A stretch of 64,000 nt of DNA, taken from positions 6,254,699 to 6,318,698 of the forward strand of contig CM082581.2 of the NCBI GenBank assembly GCA_040954595.2. The letters are read 5' to 3'. Origin of the DNA: Balanoglossus misakiensis. Lineage: Eukaryota > Animalia > Hemichordata. This document shows, piece by piece, positions 56,661 to 64,000 of this stretch. The notes beneath the pieces are model-generated. The model worked only from the letters and a program-made list of their open reading frames with translations. It did no database searches and had not been told where the DNA came from. Numbering within the stretch: position 1 is the stretch's first letter; every line of letters begins with the position of its first letter. A program made the translations under genes and the position numbers.

Positions 56661-57045
56661 TATTGGTACCGATTATCGGGCTTGTGCCCCTATTGGTATT
56701 GTTGGAATTTTTCTATATTCCGTCTCTTCTTCTTCTTCTTCTTCCGAGATTTTCGGCCAGGTAGATCTGTAATAACGCAGCACCTACGGGGCTGAAACTT
56801 GGCAGGGTGATAGGTGCCAATGAGTAGACGTGCAGTGGCTCGTGAATATTTAATTAGTATTTAAGAACCTTGATGACATCGGCCGTGTATAATCGTATTA
56901 TACATGCATATGCCTTAAACCTCCTCTTGTTACAGTACTACAGTCATGAATTTTGTGTACGTGGGTACCACTGCTGCCAGGACCTGACACAAATATTTTG
57001 GTAATTTTGGCAATGACCTTTGACCTATTTCTGGTACATTCTTTA
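56661..57045. mobile_element. Probable non-autonomous repeat fragment with (TTC)n microsatellite
   Basis: Replaces the sequence seen at the paralogous position (about 60250-60335). Contains a TTC run, CTGAAACTTGG and GACCTTTGACCT, motifs common in DINE/HINE-like elements. Confidence 0.4.
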
Positions 57046-57194
57046 GACAGATAGACGACAGGCAGGCAGACAGACAGACAGGCGGACAGACAGACCAACA
57101 ACCACACATTCGATACATCTGCATCATGATGGTGGGTTTTATTCAAAACGCCCTCAGCTTCACTTCCTGGCAGACTTGTCCTCGTTCCACAAGT

Positions 57195-59580
57195 TCATTC
57201 GAGTTCAGTTTGCGCTGCTTTATTATCAAACGATAAACTTCCTCTCCCGCTTGCAAATTCTGGTCCAACTATTACCAGCCCAATTTCATTTTTATCCTCT
57301 TTATCTTGTCGTCTATTACTCCTACTGTTAACGATAGGTCCGCCAATTAGCATAAGAGCACCAGCAGCGATAAGACAAACACCGTAGAAGTAGAAGGAGT
57401 TGTTGTAATCACCTGTGACGTCATATATAAAACCTGCCAATTTCAAGCATACATCAAGTGTTAGCATGAAGTAGTCGTCCAAGTTCAAGTTTGAGCAGGT
57501 ACATGGCACGCCCTTATAGTGGTAACTAATTTCAACTTTCGAAGGCAAATCGAGGCTGGTGTGAAATATTCCTTTAAATATCTTCCAAGTGTCTTCGGTA
57601 TGTTGGGGGTGTCATTCATTATGCCAATCTGGGACATTTCTTGATGATCAGCCTGATTTTCGGTGGCGAAGGGATGGGCTCAGAATTCGAAGTGATTATG
57701 TCTGAATTATTTTGTTTTAGGGAGGCGGCAATTATTGCGCGAGTTTACGCCTGCCTTTAATGTCCATGCTGTTATCCGCATTCGAGAAACGGACCGTTTG
57801 AATGTAAATTTGTGAAAAATGTGCAAAAAGTACTGTACCACGGATCTTTTAAATATAGGTTGTCTAAGGACGTCATGTACTTAGGTAACACGCATCTTTC
57901 TGACTCACCTGCGCATACAGGCCCCACCAAACCACCAGTAGCATCGAACGGCATGCATAGACTAAGGGCAGCTGTCATCTCCGCGCTATCCACCATATCT
58001 CTCAGCACATGAACGTACGCTAACAGAAATGTACCGGCAAAGAATCCCAAAACGAAAGCGTAGACAAGGTAAGATGTGTACGTCGTTGACAGGGCACTCA
58101 GTACGTGTGTAAGCCCGCCAATGAAAAGACTAAGCCCAAATATATGTGCACTGGTTGCATGAAAGTGCAGCATTACTGGCAAAGATAGGCGACCGATAAT
58201 TGACCCGATTCCGAGTGCGGATGCAACCCAAGAAATCTCTAGTGGAGTTCCGATATTCCAGGCCTGTGCTCGAGCTATCACGTGTGCTGGCGAGCCAAAG
58301 TAACCCAACCCCATTCCGAACGCAGACAAACACTGAACAGCAAGGAAGGGGTGCTTGACATAAAGACCGCAGTCGCACAAGCGCGAGAATTTCCTCATTA
58401 CTGCGTAAGCAAATGAATTTCGTTGATCAGTCGGCGACTTTTCTGGTTTGTTACCATGGTTATTAGCGTTGCGCACGATTCTTGGTCTTCTGTATAGAGC
58501 AGCAGATATGAACATGTTGGCATTTATTGCGGCGAACACAAACACTGCCCCCCTCCAGCCGTACACGTCAATCAACACTTGCAACAACGGCGGTAAAATG
58601 AAGACACCAATTCCAGAACCCGTAATTGCTATGGCGTTTGCGAACGCGTACCTCTTTTTAATGTAGAGAGCTATTATTCCCACAGCCGGCGGAATCACAA
58701 ATCCATAACCCAGACCTAAAATAAACAAAAGCGAAAACATAACATTTACTGAAAAATTCAGTGTTGTGCCAAGAAATGAGTTGGGTTTTACATGGAAAAC
58801 GGTTTTCCCTTATGAACTTATTTCCCTTATTCCCTTATTGATATTTATTTTGTTTATTACAACTCACCAACGAGAATACCAAGACTTAAATACAAGAAAT
58901 CCACATTCGGAGAAAGGGCACTCAGGATATAACCAATTGAGGACATCGTTGTACCAATAAGAACTGTCGCGCGATGGCCGAATTTCTTCACACAAACGTT
59001 CGTCATTGGAGCTGGAGGACAAGGGGGGAATTTGGGATTATATCACATTGTGCAAGAACTGCCTCTTTTGAAGACAGACAGGTGTGTGGAAAGACAGATT
59101 GATAGATAGACAGATAGATAGATAGTCATCAGTCCAACGTATGTCCTACCTACGCCCCTATGTGTCCTCGGGGACTGGTTATGCGGAAAGTATCGATACT
59201 TTATCAACAAGGCTTGGGTAATAAATTTAGATCTTTTGCTTCATCGTGAACTGTGATTGTATATCATTTGAAACTCTGTTGCTCGGAGGACTTGCTCGAG
59301 GGTTAGCATACACACGCAACATTTGCTGGCCTTTCCTCGACGTGATTAACCCATGAAAGAGATATTGACACCTACCGGCACAAAATGTTAAAGAACACAT
59401 CAATGCTAGAACTCCGGACGCACGAGACGAACTCACGTCGAAGTATTGCTGCACGGCGACTATGAGTGGTCCTATCGCTTGAAAGACACCGTATGCAAAG
59501 ATGCAACATATGTGGCTGCCGAGGACCACTAACCAACCCTCGATGCCGCCGTCCGCAACGGCTCCTTCCCCGTGTTCCAT
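57195..59580 (-). CDS. Monocarboxylate transporter (SLC16/MCT family), copy B, 464 aa
   Basis: Exons 59376-59580, 58868-59011, 57909-58715 and 57195-57433. Exon sizes are identical to copy A, with about 14 amino-acid differences counted by eye. Confidence 0.9.
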
Positions 59581-60445
59581 GTTCAGCGACGCCACTAATA
59601 CCTATGACTGGTTCCTTAAAATTCGCATACACAGTCCCTGTACATATCCAGTACGGATATGTCGTATGCGATAGGTCGTGTTACTCGGTACTAGGGGGTC
59701 AGTAACCTTAAGTGCCATAGAAAATGAAGAACCTTGATTTTATGTAAAGTTACGCATTCTTCAATACGCACCACTAAACGTCGTCTCTGTCGACACTGTA
59801 AACCGCCAGTCGTCTCTGTCGTAACTGTAAATCGCCATTGTTTTTCTGTTACGGCCGCATAGCAAATACTTTCCGTTGGATAATGTCATTTGCCCCACGT
59901 CGTTTTGAAAACCGGGTTGATGTGTGTGGTGATCTATGTTGACTGACATAGGTGGGTAAATGGCCAGACATTATTGTATTAAATTGAAAAGAATTCCCCA
60001 CTGTACAGAACCATTCGTCCTTACACAAGTACACACGAACAAAAAAATAGCATGGTCATATATTCAATCGGTACCAATTGTCATTGGTAATACCAATACA
60101 AATGCATTCATCTACTTGCGTAATAACAAGGATAGGGCACATTGAAAACGCAACTCATCAATGCCCTCCTAACATCATGCGTGTACCCTCTCGTCCTTCA
60201 CTTTCATTCCCATTCATTTCCACGATTCTTTAAAGCGGCAAGAATATTTATTGTATTGAGATTTACACAATGATTAACATCAATACTAGACTCTCACAGC
60301 CCACCGACTAGGTGAACGAAGAAGGGACACTCATTAGACAGACAGACAGACAGACAGACAGGCAGACCAACAACCACATATTTCATGCGTCTGCAACTAT
60401 ACTTTTTAACAATACCCCACGTAACAATGATCATGATGGTGGGAT

Positions 60446-61801
60446 TTATTCAACACTCTGTTTTGTTACTTGAAGGATCTGGTGTATAAGTACAAAGGAC
60501 AGGCATGTCCCTACGGTGTAAAAAGTGCAGAGACACAGCATCAGAGGAATGAGATAGACCTCAAGGTCAAGTGCTTGGACCAACCAAGAAACCGCCAGAA
60601 AGCTGACGTATATCAGAAGCAAGCCTACTGTGGACGCGATTTTAGGAGCGACCTTTCTCTGAGAGGGCTTCTGGGGAGACTCCAGCCAATCTTTCACTCG
60701 CAAGAACAACGCCATCACAAACCATGCCAGGACTGCGAGTACGTACTCGAATGCGGGAATGCGCACAGCTTCGTTCATTCTGACCCAGGGACGGCCCTTC
60801 TCCTCGGGCAGCCAACTGAACAGCCAGACCACGCAGCTTCCATAACCGATGAACGGCAGGAAGCGCGCGCACCCGGGCAGTTTCTTCCAGAACGGGAGAC
60901 CGTGCAGCTGCGTCATGAAGAACAGCCAGAGAAAGCCGCAGGCGAACATCGGCCACGTTGCGGTGCCGTTGAGCGAAGGGGACGCCGCCTGGACTGCCAC
61001 CGTTGTGCTGTGCACGGTCACCCAGAATTCCAGCAGCAGACGCCAGTAGCGATTCAGATGGAGCCGCGTGTACATGAGACTCCCTTGGAGCATCAGAAGC
61101 CACGTGTGGACAATGCCGGTGGCGTGGGCCCACGTGTTTTCCATCGGGTGGTACCAAAATGAATAGACCGCTGTCCAGGCAAACGCGTAGCCGTGGTATT
61201 TGCGGATGAAATCAATGGGTCCGGCACCAAACCTCAGTTTTCGGCTGAGGCAGTCCTGGTGTTTCTCTGTCGGCCAACCGAAGGCCAACCCTCGATCGCG
61301 ATATTCCATCAACAAGACAAAGACGAGAAGCATGGTAGCCGAGGCCTGGGGACTTGCCACGCTCACGTCCTGAGCCAAGGCATCGTAAGTGAGATGGGTC
61401 TGTACCAGGTGTACCACGTGAAAACCTATATTGATGTAGACGGCCTTCCAGTTGAATGACGCCATCTTGGTTGAATACCGGCGCGCCTTTGTTTTCATGG
61501 CCGTCGCTTGAGCCTCGTACGTGACCAGCCATACAAAGATTTGGTGGAGTGAGTAGCACACCCACACGGTAGCTCTCGTTACCACGGTTACCTTGTGTGG
61601 AGGGAGCTTCCAGTAGTGCCATCTGCTGGTTGCGTCAACGCCGTGTCGCCCCCAAACGTTCAATTCTTCAGTGAACGGTTCCGGGAGAAACCGTTCCCTG
61701 GACGTCGCGCTCATATTGTGTGTGTGCCCCGAGGTTGCGTCCCATCCACGCGACCACCCCAAAGCAAACATGGCCGCGATGAGCACAATTATAAACGCCA
61801 T
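60446..61801 (-). CDS. Uncharacterised histidine-rich multipass membrane protein, about 451 aa, single coding exon, bacterial-like family
   Basis: Long ORF. Likely start MAFIIVLIAAMFALG (signal-like) downstream of an acceptor at 61844-61845. Motifs YSLHQ, FHVVHLVQTHLTYDALAQDV, MEYRDRG, RKYHGY, FWYHPME, LQGSL, HLNRYW..LE....H and WPMF..GF...TQLHGL. Confidence 0.85.
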   Translation of the reverse strand: MAFIIVLIAAMFALGWSRGWDATSGHTHNMSATSRERFLPEPFTEELNVWGRHGVDATSRWHYWKLPPHKVTVVTRATVWVCYSLHQIFVWLVTYEAQATAMKTKARRYSTKMASFNWKAVYINIGFHVVHLVQTHLTYDALAQDVSVASPQASATMLLVFVLLMEYRDRGLAFGWPTEKHQDCLSRKLRFGAGPIDFIRKYHGYAFAWTAVYSFWYHPMENTWAHATGIVHTWLLMLQGSLMYTRLHLNRYWRLLLEFWVTVHSTTVAVQAASPSLNGTATWPMFACGFLWLFFMTQLHGLPFWKKLPGCARFLPFIGYGSCVVWLFSWLPEEKGRPWVRMNEAVRIPAFEYVLAVLAWFVMALFLRVKDWLESPQKPSQRKVAPKIASTVGLLLIYVSFLAVSWLVQALDLEVYLIPLMLCLCTFYTVGTCLSFVLIHQILQVTKQSVE

Positions 61802-62894
61802 TCCAAATTTCCATGCTTCCACGTCCTCGCGGGCACCGTCCTCCTGTAGGATAAGTGACAGATGAGAGAAAGAGATACAGCAACGGTTATTTAGAGTCTT
61901 GGTCGTTATCACGAACATAATAATGTATGCATTTATGTATTATGTTTATTTATTTTTCGTCCAAAGTAACTGAATGTATTACGGCCGTATACATAAAAGA
62001 ATGCTGAAGTAATACAATGCGGAAGACAAGCTGAAGAACATTTATAGTGAAAATCACCAACTTTTACAGTGGTGTATGAACTACCAAACAGATAGAATTT
62101 GGTGCATATCATTGCTATTCGCCATGTTTTAGTATAGAGATAATGCTGGTTTCTCGGGGTCAGCATTGCCTGGGTAACGAAAGTTAGGTGAACGTATTGC
62201 AATCGGATTAATTTAGGTCAAACAAACCTTACCCCGGGGATTGTCCAAATGGACGGCTTATTTCAAAGTCAAGAAAGTAAATGAAAATAATTCGAGCGTT
62301 AAAAAACCCTGTAGGGTCTATGATTTAACATAGAGTCGACAATATTAATCCAGATCGACGCACGTTAAGATCAGAGTCCAATCTGATGTCCGTCGTTCAA
62401 TTTAATGTAGCGGGCTTGGCCGCGTCGAGTTCTTTTCATATTCCGCGCAGCGAAAGGAGATTGAACGGTAACCGTTGTTGTGACCAGATTGAATGCACAC
62501 GCGGCTGCAACTCACCTCTGTTCGCGTCGATCTTTCTTTCCCAACGGTTTTGTGCATGGTGGTGGCAGTTGAACCAAAAAAGGTCCCTCGGTTATGCCGT
62601 TCTATGCAATTTCGCGCAATTACGAGAGTGTTATGCCTCTCCCACACAGCCAGAAGTATTCTTAGCAAACATGACCTGTGTCCGGACTTCAACCAACGCA
62701 CGTCGTCTGTGACCTATATACATACATACATATAATTTATGGAGCGCCAGAATCCAAGAAAAGATATATGTTTAAAGACGTATTTGCAAGGAATATTCAT
62801 TTATAAATAAAGACCGATAGCGATTCAGATTGTGATATTTTGTGATTTTTATTAGGTCTTTAAATATATATAACGTGATTGTGATAGCCATGTT

Positions 62895-63285
62895 TGTTCT
62901 GTTGTCAGTTGTCCTTGTATACTTTTGACAAAAAAGAAAAAAAAAAGTTCCCGGACTATTCTTTGTAATCCATGCAAGAATTATCCGTTGTCTATGTATA
63001 TAGTGTTAATTTAATGAAGTGCAAAACACACAAGTAACATACAAATAAACAAACAAACAAACAAGTCAGCCTAAATGTCCAAAAATCCCTAGGGCTTGTT
63101 TCTGTTGCAGGCCTGAGTTGTCCTTATAACTTAAGACCACAATGAAAATAAGTCCCCGGATTTTTCTGTGTAATCCATGCACGAATTACGCTATGTATAT
63201 GTACATGTATATTTTGTGTTCATTTAATGAAGTGCTAAACAGACTAACAAACTAACAAACAAACAGATCAGCCTAACTGCCCAAT
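62895..63285. repeat. Degenerate tandem duplication, unit about 205 bp
   Basis: 'agttgtcctt...cccgga...tgtaatccatgca.gaatta...atttaatgaagtgc.aaaca...tcagcctaa' occurs twice. Confidence 0.7.
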
Positions 63286-63332
63286 GATATAACTGTCGCC
63301 CATTTCAGGGCCTGTTAAAATCTTCCGAAAAC

Positions 63333-64000
63333 TCATTCAGTGGCCTGTTTTGTCCCGGAGAGGTTTTGGTGCAGAAACACGGACGCTAGACTTGTGGCAA
63401 TGATGTACAAAGTGGTGAGACCAACTGAGAGAGGAACGAGGCCAATTTGGACGTCTAACGACTGAACCAACCACGACACCACGATCAAGCCTATATAGAT
63501 GAATACAAAGCATACTATGTTTAGAGTCTTCGACGCGGACGGGTGACGCGAAGCTTCACCGCTTGGCCACGCCCATCTCCGGATTCGCAGGAAGAAGTCC
63601 GTCGCGAACCAGGCCACGATGACGAGAAGGTACTGGATGGCGGGAATGCGCACCGCTTCGTTCAGCCTGACCCAGGCGCGCCCCTTGGACTCTGGGAGCC
63701 AGCTGAACAGCCAGACGATGAAGAAAAGATAGCCGCTGAACGGCAGAATCTTCGTGAATGCGGGCAGTCTCTTCCAGATGGGCAGGCCGAACAGCTGCGT
63801 CATCGCAAACACCCACATAAAGCCACTCAAAAACATCGGCCAGAGCAGAGTGCCGCCGAGTTCTGGTCCGGCCGTCTGGATCGCCGCAGTGGTGCTGTGA
63901 ACGGTCACCCAAAATTCGAGCAGCAGACGCCAGTAGCGATTCAAGTGCAGCTTGGTGTACATGAGACTACCCTGAAGCATGAACATCCACGTGTAGATGA
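63333..64000 (-). CDS. Tandem paralog of the 60446-61801 membrane protein, 5' part outside the window
   Basis: Frame is open from the window edge: IYTWMFMLQGSLMYTKLHLNRYWRLLLEFWVTVHSTT...WPMF...GRAWVRLNEAVRIPA, colinear with the neighbour through to the stop. Confidence 0.88.
   Translation of the reverse strand, partial: IYTWMFMLQGSLMYTKLHLNRYWRLLLEFWVTVHSTTAAIQTAGPELGGTLLWPMFLSGFMWVFAMTQLFGLPIWKRLPAFTKILPFSGYLFFIVWLFSWLPESKGRAWVRLNEAVRIPAIQYLLVIVAWFATDFFLRIRRWAWPSGEASRHPSASKTLNIVCFVFIYIGLIVVSWLVQSLDVQIGLVPLSVGLTTLYIIATSLASVFLHQNLSGTKQATE

Larger units (their letters stand above)
53433..60455. repeat. Recent tandem segmental duplication (about 53433-57147 and 57148-60455)
   Basis: Exons, introns and upstream DNA align. 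Both units begin 'acgccctcagc' and end with (GACA)n...'catgatggtggg.tttattcaa'. Confidence 0.88.

Noticed and set aside
60470-61162. 230-aa plus-strand ORF
   Set aside because: Antisense to the membrane-protein CDS.
61802-61918. N-terminal 39 aa of the 490-aa ORF
   Set aside because: Runs through a pyrimidine tract and acceptor at 61844-61845. Probably intron or 5'UTR, although an upstream coding exon cannot be excluded.

Overview
Intron-rich animal genomic DNA, most likely a marine invertebrate deuterostome such as a hemichordate, echinoderm or lancelet (inference from gene content and repeat style). It is not prokaryotic and has no CRISPR array. Order of genes: (1) an intronless sulfotransferase-like gene on the minus strand that runs off the left edge and is missing from the ORF track; (2) about 8.5 kb of motif-rich non-coding DNA; (3) a 5-exon, 217-aa secreted, cysteine-free protein with the exon phases (1,0,0,0), four-helix layout, NF-kB/STAT/CRE/CArG promoter and AU-rich 3'UTR of an IL-6/IL-11/CNTF-type helical cytokine, the top candidate for an undescribed system here; (4) CFAP46 (minus, about 27 kb), containing a U12 intron, a cluster of small symmetric cassette exons and a dead separase/CHAT-like C-terminal domain; (5) COMTD1-like O-methyltransferase; (6) CCT7, hosting a U19/SNORA74-like H/ACA snoRNA; (7) two near-identical tandem SLC16 transporters; (8) two tandem genes for a histidine-rich, bacterial-like multipass membrane protein with no coding introns seen. 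Gene models were spliced by eye and homologies are recalled, not searched.
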